Source: the human T2T-CHM13v2.0 reference genome, Homo sapiens. From it: a stretch of 64,000 nt of DNA. Each line of letters begins with the position of its first letter. The first letter of the stretch is position 1. Positions 1 to 13,808 of the stretch are shown piece after piece. The notes beneath the pieces were generated by a model that worked only from the letters and a program-made list of their open reading frames with translations, was not told where the DNA came from and ran no database searches. The stretch is from the NCBI GenBank assembly GCA_009914755.4, contig CP068257.2, positions 36,224,001 through 36,288,000 on the forward strand, in the 5' to 3' direction. The position numbers were made by a program, and so were the translations under genes.

Positions 1-180
1 AACTCCAAATAACGCATAAAGTAACATCAACATGATGCAGTGTGTGTGAAACAGATCTCGGTCCCGTAAGAGCAAAAGAGAAGGACAAATCAGATCATCA
101 CACGGGATGTCTTTTTTGTGCGATTTTGCATTTTCCCATTCAAAACAAAAAATAAATAATAAATTTGAAGCTACTCACTC

Positions 181-236
181 ATGGATTCTGTCAGCTTGGC
201 CATTGTTGCAGTTTCTTCTTTGTGCTTTTCCTGGAG
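181..236 (+). CDS. Candidate leader exon encoding a hydrophobic, signal-peptide-like N-terminus (MDSVSLAIVAVSSLCFSW), followed by a consensus GTAAGA donor. Speculative.
   Basis: ATG at 181, 18 hydrophobic-rich codons, then GAG|gtaaga at 236/237. The reading frame hits a stop 7 codons into the next possible acceptor (331), so it may be a micropeptide or chance. An A/T-rich TATA-like stretch lies at 153-164. Confidence 0.12.
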
Positions 237-3200
237 GTAAGAAGAAAAGACAATTATCTGTAAAACATGTCTTAGATATGAATTGATCTAATTGCCATTT
301 ACAGCTATATCTCTCTTCCTTCTTTTTCCTAGGTCAGAATTTGGTTTCCAATAATTAAATGAATAAAAAACCCACATGACAGTTATATTATCAGTCAGTC
401 ACTGAAAAGAGATTTTTAGGGCATTAAAAAGCTTCCCATTGCTCTTGGAAATGAGCATCTGTCACACTGATCTTGGATATATATAATTGGTGACGCACGA
501 CCAGTTTTCAAAACCTCTTTGACACTGGATTTTTGACATCCATATGCCAATTTTTTTTTCCTCTCTGTTTCCCCCCATTGAAGCTTTCTTGGTATTTTTG
601 GAGTTGATATTTTTGTAGTCATTTGGTTTCTTCTTTCCAAAAAACTAAATAGATTTTATACATATTTCTTTGTCTTAGTTTTTTGGGTTCCTGAAGCCTT
701 TAAAAAGTCATAGGTTTTGATGGGTTTATAACCTTATCTACTTTGGGCTAAAAACATTTTGTTTTAACCGAGATATAGGTTATAACCCACTGAGTTTGAA
801 AGCCAGAATAATACATACAGAAATTGAATCTGTCCTAATTAAAAAATGACTTTGGAGCTATTAAGAATACTGGTCATCTCTACTGAAAAGTTCTCTTTAA
901 CTTTTCCACAGTTCTTTGGGTTTAATTTCTTTGTGTTCCTAACATATGTAGTAACTGCAACATTGCCCACTATTATTATACTTTTTTTGTAGCCTTGTTT
1001 TTCTGTGAAACTAAAATATGTTCATTATTTAAAAACTTCAGAAAAAACCTGAAAATTATAAATCTAATGTCACCCCCAGAGGAAATCATGGTTACATTTT
1101 GGTGACTGCTTTCTAGGCCTATTTCTTTACCTGTGCATATTTACAGATATGGGAACATGATCCTATCTTCATAGAGATAAATATGTCATATACACATTTT
1201 GTGTTGAAGCAACTTTTTCACTTAACATCATATCATGTATCTTTCTATGCCAATAAAGGTAGAATATGTCATCATTTTTTAATGACTGCATAGTATTCAT
1301 CATGGATTATATCATCATTTCCTTTACCAGATCCCATTTAATTTACTTAGAATTTTTTACTACTTCATAAAACACTGGGATGAGCATCTTGGAACTTATA
1401 TGGTTGTGCACTTGTCCTGTGCAAGTTATTTTCTGAGGATAAATCCTAAGGTGAGGTATGGCTTGGTCAAAAAGTCTAAATACTAAAAATTCTGACATAT
1501 AGTGCTCAATTGTCCCCCACAAAGGTTGTACCTGACAGTGTATAAAAGTGTTCAGTTCCTTACATTCTTGCCAGCTTGCCAGTGGCACTAGCACTTTTGA
1601 CTCCTAACCTTTGCTAAATCAACAGGCAGACAACATTATCTTGTTATTTTACACTGTTGTCTTTCTCTGACCTTTTGTTTACGGACAACTGTAGTGTTCT
1701 TTCCCATGTCATCGTTATGAAGTTTACTCATGGTTTCACATTGTTGTGTTCCAGCCCCTCTGCCATCGACATTTTCGTGCTTGGAAGCCCAGGGTGGTAT
1801 TTGCTTTTCCCCACGGCCCTGGTACAATGCTGAGTACAGTCTAGCAGTTTGGCTAACACTTGAAATGATGTCATGGCTTGGGTGTTGTAGTAAGGATAGA
1901 AAGATCATTATTCATCCTCCTTATGACACTGTTCTCAAACTGGAAGGGTATGCTTTGATTGAATGGCAACAAACAACTTCGCACATGGCAAGTATTCTTG
2001 ATTTCCACAGCCCTGTATTCATGACAACGAAATCAGCACGCTGCCTCTTACTTAAACTAATAATTGCCCTTGAGAACAGAAGGAGCTAAGGAGCTGTAAT
2101 CTACCAACCTGCTTGCTGTGGAATTTCACCCGTGATATTTAGCCTACCACTTGGGTTATGTCAACATGCAGAGAAACAGCATGGCGTGGGCCAGTAGAGA
2201 GGCTAAGTGTCACGTCACAGAGCTGAATAAGACAGGCAGAGAGGAGCCTCTTACCACAATGCCGGTTCATGTGAGTGTGCACAGCGGCTGCTCAACAGCT
2301 GACCCCAGCGGGTTGTGACAATTCAGGCCTAAAAGCTGTTCCATGGCAGGGACTCAGTGAAGTTGGTCCCAGAGCTTGTTCTGTCTCTGCGTGTCCTGTC
2401 AGTGACTCTCAGCTTCCCCTCATAGCCCAGCTCTGCTGTGTCAGTCCGTCTAGCTGTACTAGCTCTCCTTGTGTCCTGGTCTGTGACTTGACTTCCCCAT
2501 TTTCTGGGTCTGTGCTCCATCAGGCCTCACTCTGGATCACAGACCTCTTCAGCTTGACCCTCCTCTGATGGCATCAGCAGTGAGAACCCCCCAACGCCAA
2601 ACCATAGGCGTCCAGATTCCAGGCATTACATTTCTAACAAGCCCTGTTTAGTGTGTCTGTTTTCTTGAGTGTGTGTGTCACCACTTTATCTCTTGTGACC
2701 TAAGGACCCTGCCACATTCTGGACCCCATTCTTGCTGGTGGGTGGTCCTTGCAGCTATTTTTGTTCAGATGTGCTGGATATCTTAGTCCTAGAGATGTCA
2801 AATACTGCCTGGACCAGCAATTTCCTCTTCCCTGTAGTTAAATGGAATCCTCTGACATTAAGTGGGGAGAGGCTCCTAAAATCCTAAATATAGCTCTCCC
2901 AGACTGACTCATCTATATCATAACTTATGGTGGAAATCATGACATATGTTTTGGTGTAAGTGGTTTAGTTATTCTATTGGATGTCTCTAAACTCCTTATG
3001 TCCTTCCCTCATTATCAGAAAGTTGATGTTTGCAGTTACACGACATGTATATCCAATAAAGCATTTACATTTCATTCTTGGTCCCAAGCAAATTCTCCTT
3101 ATTTTAAAGCCAAGAGTTTCCTTCACAGCAAATTTCCTGGTTGTTGGATTTACATTACTGGGAAGAGCTTTAGAATTACAGCATATTAAAATTGGAAGTG

Positions 3201-3576
3201 ATTCTTTCAGAGATTGTCAAGTCCAATGCCATAGTGATGCAGTTGATGAAACTGAAGCCCAGGGAAGAGTGTGATGTGCCAGGAAAGGATTTAGAGGGAG
3301 CTGATCTCTTTCCCTTATCCACAACCTCTGCTCTCCCAGAAATCTTAAGGCCCATCAAACCTAAGCCCATTTAGCCAAGATCCCTTATACAGCAGTCCCA
3401 GTGCAGTGTTGAAGTTTCCTAGATTTGCCATTTCTATGTTCTTTCTTCGAGTATTCTCATTCACAACAATGTCCCTAATTTCCATGAATGGCTGGCAATG
3501 CCCAGATTTGCATATCCTGCCTGACCTCTCCATGGAACCCCTGCTGTCCACTTCTTCTTCCTTCCTCACCCCCTGA

Positions 3577-3879
<303 letters not shown>

Positions 3880-5872
3880 TATTTTGCATATTTTAAAGTT
3901 GGTCTTCCCTCGCTGCACTCTACTTAGGAGACTATTAACATTGCCTCCACCTGCTTGGAGCCTCAGCTACAACCCTGAAGGTTTATCATGAAATAGCTCT
4001 GGGGGATCTATCTAAAACCTGACATGGCCTCTCCCTGCTTGAAATCCATCAGTTCTTTAGCAAGTGAGAATGCAGTCCTTGCTTTGAGCCAGGGCCCCTG
4101 GACCGATGGTTCTTTCTTCTCCACTCATACCTTAGGTCCAGCTCCCTGCAATCCGTGACCATTTTCTACCTCCTTGCCTTGGCAAGCACTATTCCCTCTG
4201 CCTAGACACTCCAAGTTCCACTTCATTCTTGTCCTCTCCAAATTCATCCCTAAAAACTCTGCTGGGCACCAACCAGTCTCTGCTGGCTCCCCTGCTCTTT
4301 CTGACCATTTTCCTGAGTTTTATCTTTAGGTTTGTTTGTGCACAAATGCATCCATGTGTCACACTGTATAATTTGTTATGGCATTGAGGGACTCTGGAAG
4401 CTCTGGAAAATTCCAAAGCCCCATCTCAATAGCCTCATCTGGAGGTCATGGCTGGGAGGTAGTGTGTGGTAGACCAGAAGCCCTGACCACTAAACCTCCC
4501 TAGGAACCTGGACAAGTCATTTTACTTTTGGAGCTACTGTTTCCTGGTGTGCTCATTTCAGAAGTGGTCCGCTGCTTGCTGTTTTCTGCCCCATCCCCCA
4601 TCCCTTACTCCCGCGGAAGTCAGCAACATGAAGAGGATACCTGAACATGCTTTGATAGACTGTGATTATTGGTGGTATTTTAAGGTGAAAAAGACAGATA
4701 TATTTGTTTCATGAACTTGTGTTAAAAATGTCTTTCCCTGGGGGAGCCAAGGGTTTTTATATCAGAGGTAATCATCTCATGTTCTTTTAAAATGAAAAGA
4801 AAATCAGAAAAGCAGGAATCATACTTGTTGGGAGAAAAGAACTTACTTTGGCCTGAAATTTTTTTGTTCTTGCTTATTGTGTCTATCCCACTTGGATGTT
4901 CGTAGAGAGAGTGGCGGGGAGAGAGAGAAAGAGAGCACATGTATAAGAGTTTGGAAGCCTGGGTCTAGAAAGGTTTTTGTCATGGTTTTACCACTTCTTA
5001 TTCACTCATTAACTAATCTTGGAAGCTCTAATTTTCTCATCTGTGAAGTGGGGATAGGTGGAATTTGCACTGCCTGATTCACAGGACTGTTTGAGGAACA
5101 AATGAGACAATGTATATAAATACAGTCAAGTGTAATGTCCATGTGTGGGTTTGTAATCATTATTCCGTTTGGCTACTGTGTGGGGACCCAGAGTTAGAAC
5201 CTGTTCTTGCTATTTGAGGACAAATATTGACCTCTAGCATTTGTGCCAAAAATAACAAAGCAAATTTCCCTGAAATTAGCCAGACCCATGGCTGCCAGCC
5301 CCTCAGGGAACTACTCGTCAACAGCTGGTGACTATGCAACCCACACCTGTATTTCCACACCCCTGCTCCAGAATATAAGGTCTGCAGAACCTAGGCACAC
5401 TGCTTGGAAGAGCTATGCTATTTTGCTCTAGGAGGCACTCCACTTAAAGTCGTATTGTTGTACATTTAATAAAAGGCATTCATAGACACATCAAACGTTT
5501 GGGGTAATCATGATGATATATTTGAGTAAAACATGTTCACAGATGCTGAAAAAAAAACAACGTTAAGTGTCTTGTTTAAATCATAAACTCCTCGGGTAGA
5601 GCATTGACTTTCAGGGGCAATGGGCATTTAATTTTCTGTCTGAACTTTATTCCCTCTTCCACACCTGGGGAAGTAAATAAAGGCTCAGCAACTTGCTTGT
5701 GGGGGTGTGTGTGTAATTTATACTCCCACATCTGTTTCAGCTAAAGAGAGTATGGCTTTCTACTGAGTCCATGCCAGCTACATACTTCTCTTTGAGTGTC
5801 TAAAATGACAGAGGTGTTTTTAATGAGGGCAATTATAACAGTCTGACTTTAGCTCAGAGCTAAGGCTGAGAC

Positions 5873-5876
<4 letters not shown>

Positions 5877-5907
<31 letters not shown>
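5877..5907. repeat. (TG)n microsatellite, about 15 units
   Basis: Perfect tgtgtg... run read directly. It creates the spurious ORF 5878..6087 ([10 protein letters not shown]...). Confidence 0.97.
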
Positions 5908-5911
<4 letters not shown>

Positions 5912-6714
5912 GAGAGAGGAGGATGGGGAAGAGGAGATTGATTCATGAATGCAGAGTATCTAGAAAGGGTAGAAAGGGTTTTTTTCTGCTGCATGGGGCT
6001 CCCTCAGACAGAGGACAGGAGCTGGCAGAACCCAGTGAGGTCTGCATTTTCGGTGGTGCTGCCTTGCTTTCTGCTACCCAGAAGTAGGCTTTTAAGGATG
6101 AGGGGGAAACTCATCATGGTTGATATATTTCAAACCGGTTATATTTGCATCTCAGATATTTTTATCTCTCTAAAATGTGTGCTTGTATTCATCAGAAAAC
6201 TGTGATTTTTTTCCCAAAATACAACCATTTAAAGAAACATTTATGCAAAGTAGGAAATGATAAAGCCATTTTATGAACTTAGTATCCTCAACAGGGCCTC
6301 ACCTCTGGTTAAACCAGGAGCCCTCAAATCTCCCGCCCTGTTCTTCAGGTTCTCAACAAATGCACCAGCCCTGGCCCCTCCTCACCTTCCCCCCTCCTCT
6401 TCCCTGACACGGTGCCATGGCAGGTCACCTGAGGACTGATTTAAATGGAAAATGCCACATCCTCAGATAGCCAAGCAAGTGAGTGTTCTCTTAGTACAGC
6501 ATCATTTATGTTGCCTTGAGTTGCTGCCGAAAAATATAGGCCACAGCATTTAAGAATCACTAATTAGTTTTTTGCCTAACGAAAAACAAATGGAAATGAG
6601 TAGTCGGTATGCAAGTATGGTTTGGGGCAATATAAATATAAAATACATAAAAATATAATATGAAAATATATAAAAATAGTAACTCCTAATGTTTACTTCA
6701 CATTTATTATAGCC

Positions 6715-6895
6715 TGTCACTGCATTAGTACATTAGACTATCTCCTTAATTCTCACAAGGACCCTGTGAAATGGTACTGTCTTCTCTACTTTGAGGATGG
6801 GGAAACTGAGGCACAGAGAGGTTCAGCAGATCATGCCAGATCACACGGCTGGTGAGGAGTAGAGTTGAGCATGAAACCCAACAAGTCTTCTTTCT
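6715..6895 (+). mobile_element. MIR (mammalian-wide interspersed repeat) SINE fragment
   Basis: Contains the MIR core ...tgaggatggggaaactgaggcacagagaggttcag...gccagatcacacggctggtgaggagtagagttgagcatgaaaccca, matching the remembered MIR consensus (gaggaaactgaggcacagagaggttaagtaacttgcccaaggtcacacagctagtaagtggcagagctgggatttgaaccca). Confidence 0.7.
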
Positions 6896-7189
6896 GCACC
6901 TGCATCCTGCACCACGGTGCCACCTGCATCCCTAGGAACTGGTGAGAAGTCCTAGAAATGAAGGCCGTTCATGCTGAAGGCAGCAGTGAGAATCCAGGTC
7001 TAAGATCCTTCTTCAATCATCCGATGCTGAAAATTTATTGATGTGCACAAGATGGACACTGGATAGAAGAGGACATCCAGGTAAAGCCAGCTTTACACCT
7101 GCCTTCAGAGAGCTTCCAGTTTGGTCCAGAAGGCAAGATGTGTAGAGAAATAGCTGCAATATGTGGTATCAAGGGTAAAACACCAGAAG

Positions 7190-7300
7190 GGTTCTACAGG
7201 ACATCGATAGAAAGAGGAACAGAGGGAGCAAAGAGAAAGGGAGAGACAGAGAGAGAGAGGGAGAAAGAGAGGAGAGAAGGGAGGGGGAGAAGGAGGGGGA
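7190..7300. repeat. Purine-rich (GA/GGA)n low-complexity tract
   Basis: gaaagaggaacagagggagcaaagagaaagggagagacagagagagagagggagaaagagaggagagaagggagggggagaaggagggggagaaacagaatagagacagag. Strong strand asymmetry, purines on +. Source of the spurious ORF 7138..7416 (ERERERER...). Confidence 0.9.
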
Positions 7301-9798
7301 GAAACAGAATAGAGACAGAGAATGAGACTGGAGAAAATGTAGTTCTAACTCACAGAACCAGGGTGTGCCTCACGGAGGAAGCAGCTTCAAGGTGTGAAGG
7401 AGGGGAAGAAGAGTGATGGGAGAGGGGAGGGCAAGGAAGAATACTCCAGATGGAGAAATGGCATGAGGAAAGGTGGGGAAGCTTGGTGCGTGAGGAGCAG
7501 CAGGTCACAGGGGGACCAAGGCTTGGTGTGAGAAGAAGAGCAGGAGGCTGGCATGGACAATGAGGACATAAGCCCTGGAGGTCCCTGGATGCCAGACAGC
7601 TGCTCAGGAGGGAGGCCAGGGCTGGAGTTGTGGCAAACCAGTGGGAGGAGGAAGGTGCCTGTGTGAAGACCGTGGCAACCCACGCTGGTGAGCCAAGGAA
7701 GATGGTGGGAGATGTGGAGGCAAAACCCAATGAGTGTGCTCTCCTGTGAGCCCGGGGACTAGCAGATTTGAAGAGTAAAGAACTTGCCTATCAGGATGGG
7801 GTACCATTTTTTTAGAGTAAAGTTAGTTTTCACCACTGATATACTCAGTTAAAGTTTCTAAAATAATCTGAAATTTTCACAATTTGGGGTAAAAACATCT
7901 GTGGGGTGTGCTCGAAGGAGGTGACATTTTTGCTAGGCAGGCCATGTAGGATGCTTTAGGTGAGAAAGCCCTCTTTGCAATAAGGCTCAGAGCCTTAGCC
8001 TCACCAGATAGCCTTTCTAAGGTCCCTATGTACAGGTCACCCTGACTGGTTCCTTATGCTGCCACCATTGTGGTCTTGTTGACCAGACCAGGGAGGGTCC
8101 TAATACACTGAGTTATGAGGATATCTCACAAAGATAAATCAGATTCAAAGTTAAGTTTGTACTAACATTGCCTCAATTCCTTTGGGCTTCAGCGTGAGTT
8201 CGTAGATGGCAGGAGAGTATTTGGAGCATTGCTCTGGGTACTTTCTTGAAAGCATGTTGAGCACGTGACCTTCTAAGAGTGATGGGTAGCAGAGATAAGA
8301 GTAAGAAAACAGTTGGACCACATGGCTGCCAGAGTTTCTCCAAACCCAGCTGTGTGTGTGTCCTCCCTGGCTTGAAATACTGTGGGACAAGCTCTTGACT
8401 TTCAGCGTCAATATCCAGACAATGTTTCACGAATTTCCCCAGGGGAGGTGGTTTCTTGGAATATTGGTGAGTGACTCATTTCTCCTTTCCTAGAGCTCCT
8501 GGAAATATTGTAAAATATAGGACAAGCATTATCACCACAGACCTATCAGGAAATTTTCTTTAAAGAAAATACTATGCGAGACTGCAGGGAGGCACTGAGG
8601 ATGTCCAGGTAACTGGAGCATACAGAGCCCATGCCCGTGGTGGACAAGCATCTGCAGTCTTTTCCCTGTCAGGTACCTCTGCTTCCAAGATGCACCTATT
8701 CTAGGTTTGGTCCCTAGCTTCCCAGGACTCAACCACAGTGCTGAATCTTGGAAACAGGCAGGAATTTCCTGTTGGTCTCATGACTCTCAATCTATGGCCT
8801 CTTTTGTGGTTCAGCGTCTCTCTGGGGGCTCTTATACCAGGGTGATCTTCCAGACATCCTAAGCCTTGCGGTGGCCAATGCCTCTCCCACCTGGCTTCAT
8901 CCAACCCACAGGCATTGCCAAACCATCTCTATTTCCAAGAGGAAAGGGAACAGATGCCATATTAGTTCCTTTCTTTCCCCTTTACTTTTCCAGGTTGCCC
9001 ACAATCCAAGTTCTAAGCAAACTGAGTCTTCCAACATCCACTCTGCACTCCCAGCTCCCCGCATTCCATGGCTTGCCTGGACCCTTCCCTTCCAGCCATG
9101 GTCTCCACCTACCTCTCCAGGCCCATTGCTCATCACTTCTACACTATGCTCCTGCCCGACAAGCCCCTTTGGTCTCTGAACACATTGCATTGCTTCATCC
9201 CTCAATTCAGGTTTCACTTCCGTTTGACATTCTCCCTGGCTAACCCATTCTGAGTGCCCATCCCCTCTGCACCTTAGCAACTGTACATACTGTGGATGTA
9301 GGACTTGTCATTCTTGGACCCATGACTTACAAAGTAACAGAGCAAGTCAGAGGAAATAGTCTTGACAACTCCAGGAGCAACTGAAACACTATAAAGGATG
9401 AATTCCTCTGTTTCCAAAAAGGGTAAAACGAAATACCAAATCACAACCAAAGAATGCATAGAATGAATGGAATGTCCCTGAACAGCTGTGAGTTTCCTGA
9501 CATGAGATGCTGACCAGTCATTTGTTCAGAATTTTCCAGAAGAATTTCTGCCCCAGAAAGTAGTGCAATACAATGACCTGTAAGAGCTCTTCTAAAATGG
9601 TTTCAGGGATGTAGTGATAGTTCCAGGGAAAGAAATCCCTGATTCCTTTTGTTTTTCTTTGTATGACGTTCTTTCTTTTATTTGATCAGAGGTAGGTTGC
9701 GGGGTGCCAGGGGTCAGGTGGGACTGATGATAGGGGCAGGATGGCAGGCCCCAAGGTAAGGCTGGTTAGTTACTCTGACATATAAGGGATACTTAGAA

Positions 9799-10142
9799 CA
9801 GGGGTCCCCAAACCCCAGGCCGTGGACCAATACTGGTCCGCGGCCTGTTAGGGACTGGGCCACACAGCATGAGGTGAGCAGTAGGTGAGCATTTCCACCT
9901 GAGCTGCACCTCCTGTCAGATCAGCAGTGACATTAGATTCTCACAGGAGTGCGAACCCTATTTGAACTGCCCATGTGAGGGATCTAGGTGGTGCACGCCT
10001 CATGAGAATCTATTGCCTGATGATGTGAGGTGGAACAGTTTCACTCTGAAACCATCCCCACCCCCTCCTCCTGCCCCTGGTCCGTGGAAAAATTGTCTTC
10101 CATGAAACTGGTCCCTCATGCCAAAAAGGTTGGAGGCTGCTG
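9799..10142. mobile_element. Non-autonomous DNA transposon (MITE-like, hAT-type termini), about 344 bp with terminal inverted repeats. Exact family name not recalled.
   Basis: Starts caggggtccccaaaccccaggccgtggacc and ends ggtccctcatgccaaaaaggttggaggctgctg. The termini are reverse complements of each other (CAGGGGTCCCCAACC / GGTTGGGGACCCCTG-like). The internal part matches a highly repeated mammalian element I recognise (..ctcctgtcagatcagc..gcattagattctcataggagcgcgaaccctattgtgaactgc..). The CAGGG terminus is typical of the hAT superfamily. Confidence 0.7.
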
Positions 10143-10460
10143 ATTTAGAAAATAATCACCCGGCCCAGCAGCTTGACCCTGTTTTAAGGAGTCACTCAAG
10201 CCCAGTGGTGAGTTTGGTATGGTCACTAGAATGGCTTACGTTTGTCTAATGATGCAATGTTGTATTACGGAGCCCCATGCAAAGGTGCTGTGGGGGACTC
10301 TGGTTACCATGGTGCTCAATTCTCTCCTGCCTTTTAACTTATGCCTATAACTTCAATTTAGAGGAATGAATCCTAGGGAAGCTTAGGGTTATGCATGCTG
10401 CTGTGGGACTATTTGTCATGCTTCACCTTGAGAACTGGCTGGGTTGCAGTGAAGAGTAAT

Positions 10461-10489
10461 TGATTGATTCATTCATTCATTCATTCATG
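10461..10489. repeat. (TTCA)n / (ATTC)n microsatellite
   Basis: tgattgattcattcattcattcattcatgg read directly. Confidence 0.9.
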
Positions 10490-13335
10490 GCTCAGCCTGT
10501 GTGCATCTGTGAAAACACACAGCCTTTGGGAGGGCCATGATCAAGTTTTGTGACAGGAGATTTAAGCCTAAACTGCCTAATACTGTATAACCCATGTGGA
10601 GCCCCCTAATCAGACAGGGAACCCAGTGGGGCATGATAACAGCTCCTTCCCAAGCCAGGCCACTCTGGTCACTATCAGTATCCAGGGAAGTGGTGTGGTT
10701 GCCTGTTCTCAAAACAGGATACTATCCCTGCTGAACTCTGCCACAGCATTGTCAATAGGACAGCAGAGAGTCCCAGTTATTGGAATAACCCCTGGAAGCC
10801 AGCTTGTTCCCTACGCATGCAAAAAAGTGTAGGGTGCAGAAAGATGTGCTTCTTCAATCTCTCATCTGTGTCAATAGTTATAAAAGAAACTAAGTCAGGG
10901 GAATATTTTTAAAATGTTCCTTTGAGAAATTCAATTTTATAACCAAATGTGACATTTACTGGGGCTGGAGACTGAGGAAAATTTACAGATGGAAACTGTA
11001 TTATTTTCTTGTGCTTCTTGTCGTGTGTTTTCAGCTTGAACTTCTGTTTGGATAGAGGAGGGAAGGGACAGAAGGTGACCCCTTTGTTAGGTATCTAATA
11101 ATTGATTCTCAGCAACAGAGATCTCTGAGAAGGAAAATGAGGAACACCGTCCTAATCTCTGTTGTTCTTTTATCTCTTCTTTTTTTTTCTCTATTTACAG
11201 TTAATTTCTTCATTTCAGCTTTGGCAAAGATGATGCAGATTGATTTTTTTTTTCCTATTCCTCTCACTAAGCACAACAAAAAAATCCTGGACAATATATA
11301 TGACAAACTTAAGTTGACTCTGAAAGGTGAATAGAGGAAGCCATACCAGCTAGGGACCTTGATATCTGAGGAATAACATGGGAGTGAGCTCTCTGAGTTC
11401 TTTTTTTTTTTTTTCTATATTGTTTATCCCTGACTGGATACTGGAGATGTTAGCAAATTGGAAATGTCAATAGATGCAGACAAAAATGCCCCAAGCTTGA
11501 ATTCTTTAGCCAAAGACCTAGGAGAGAGGTAGTCTAAGAAGACAGAAAACCTTTGAACAATAACCTCTGTAGCCAAACATTATAGAAAAAACAGCAATTC
11601 CACCTGGAAAGCAAAGGCTGGGTGGGGAGCTTTGGCTCCCACTCTTATCAGGTGTAATGCTGCACCCAAACCTGTTGTCAGGATGGTGTCAGGGAAGACA
11701 GAGTGGAGATTCTGAATTTTCCTTCTTGCTAAAGGACAGTGAGACTCCCTGGAGACCATATGGGGAGCCTGGTCCTCCACACGGTTCTGGTAATAATGAG
11801 GTATGTCTCCCCAGAGCCACAGGGGAGGTATTAGAGGAGGGCCAGTATAGAGTCAGGATATTCACTGCCATCCAGCTGTAACAAGGTCACTCTTGCAAAG
11901 TGTTGGTGGAGACCACCACGTGAGAAGTAGTAATGAGGTGCCCCCTCCTATCCCAGCCAGGATGGTGTTGCTGGAGACCCAGTAGGGATCCTGAGCCTTC
12001 ATTACCATCCAGCAGTAAAAAGGATGACACCTTACTAGTGAGCAATGAGGTGGTTCCCTCCTTAACTCACCAGAGTGATGTCAGAGGAGTCCTGCTATAA
12101 TACAAGATTTCAATAAGATCCAGAATCTTATAATAACACCAAAAATGCTTAGGTTTCAGTAAAAAATTACCTGTCATACCAACAGAAAGAGCTAAAACTG
12201 AATGACTAAAGACAAATATCAACACTGATATGACCCAGATTTTATAATTATATAAGGAACCTAATGCAGCCTGAAACAAATGAAGAAAAGTGCTAACAAA
12301 CAAATAGTAAGCCTCAGCAAAAAATCAGCACTTATGGAGAAGAACTGGAAAAAAATTCAGAACTAAAAATTTTAATAACTGAAATAAAAAACTCAATCGA
12401 TGGGCTGAACAGCAGGGTGGGTAAGACAGAGCAAAGAAACAGTGAACTTGTTGATAGAACAATAGAAATTATATAATCTGGACACTAGAGAGAAAATAGA
12501 CTTAAAAAAATGAACAGAGCCTTGGGAACATGTGGGGTTGTAACAAAAGATCAAACATTTATGACACAGAATATCAGGAGGAGAAGAAAAAGAAGATGAG
12601 GCTGAAGAAAGTATTCAAGGGAATAATGGCTGCAATTTTTTCAAATTAAAAAAAAAAAAAAACAACTACAGATCCAAGGAGCCAAATGAAACCCATGCAA
12701 GAAAAACCCAAGGTAATTCACTCAGAGACACATGATAAACTTCTGAAAACTAAAGAAAAAGAAAAAAATCATGAAAGCAGCCAGGGAGAAGTAGTGCATT
12801 ATCAATAGGGAAAGGTAATTCAAGTGACAGAGGTTTTCTACTTAGAAACTGTGGAGGTCAGAACAAAATAGCATAACATTTTTCAACCACTGGGAAAAAA
12901 AACATTTTCAGCTCAGAATTTTATAGCAGCAAAAATGTCTTTCATGAATTAAATGAAAATCAAGGCACTCAGGCATTTTCAGATGAAAGAAAACAAAGAG
13001 AATTTGTCACCAGCAGACCTACCCTGAAAGAAAGGAAGTTCTCTCAACAAAAAGGAAATAATAAAAGAAGCAATCTTGACACATCTTAGAGGTAGAAAGA
13101 ACATGGAAAGAGAAAATATATAGGCAAACACAGTAGACTTTTCTTGAGTTTTCTAAATTATGCTTGATGGCTGAAGCACACATTATAGCATGGTCTACTG
13201 TGATTCTTAATATATGTAGAGGAAATATTTAAGACAACTATATTTTAAATAGGGGAAGGGAAACGAATGTAAAGGGAGCTAAGATTTCTATGTTTCCCTT
13301 GAATTGGTCAATATTAACAGCAGTAGTTAAGAGAT

Positions 13336-13370
13336 ACATATATATATGTATATATATATATATATATATA
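13336..13370. repeat. (TA)n microsatellite inside the L1
   Basis: atatatatatgtatatatatatatatatatata read directly. Confidence 0.95.
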
Positions 13371-13571
13371 AATTACATTGTGTATATATACATAAACACA
13401 GAATGTAATTCCTAGAACAGCCACTGAAAAAGCTAAACAAAGAGATATATTCAAAAACACTATAGATAAATCAAAGTTGAATTTTAGAAAATGTTGAAAT
13501 AACCCACAGAATTTCAGAAAAAAACCCCAGAGAATCACAAAACAAAAAACAAATAGAAAACAAAAAATTAA

Positions 13572-13808
13572 ATGGCCAACCTAAGCCTTAACGTGCTAAT
13601 AATTATATTAAACATAAATGGTCCAAATACACCAATTAAAAAACAGAGATTAGCAGAGTGTATAAAAAGCAACTCCAACTACATATCATTAAAAAAAACT
13701 CACTTCAAATATAATGGTATGGGTAGATTGAAAGTAAAAAGATGGAAAAAGATGTACCACACAAGCATTAATTTAAAAAAAGTATGGCAATATTATTACA
13801 CAAAGTAG
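13572..13808 (+). pseudogene. L1 ORF2p endonuclease-domain remnant. It is part of the composite L1, not a host gene.
   Basis: ORF-track translation aligns by eye to the N-terminus of human L1 ORF2p, including the LNINGL and GW(R/K)K(I/M)Y motifs. Confidence 0.8.
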
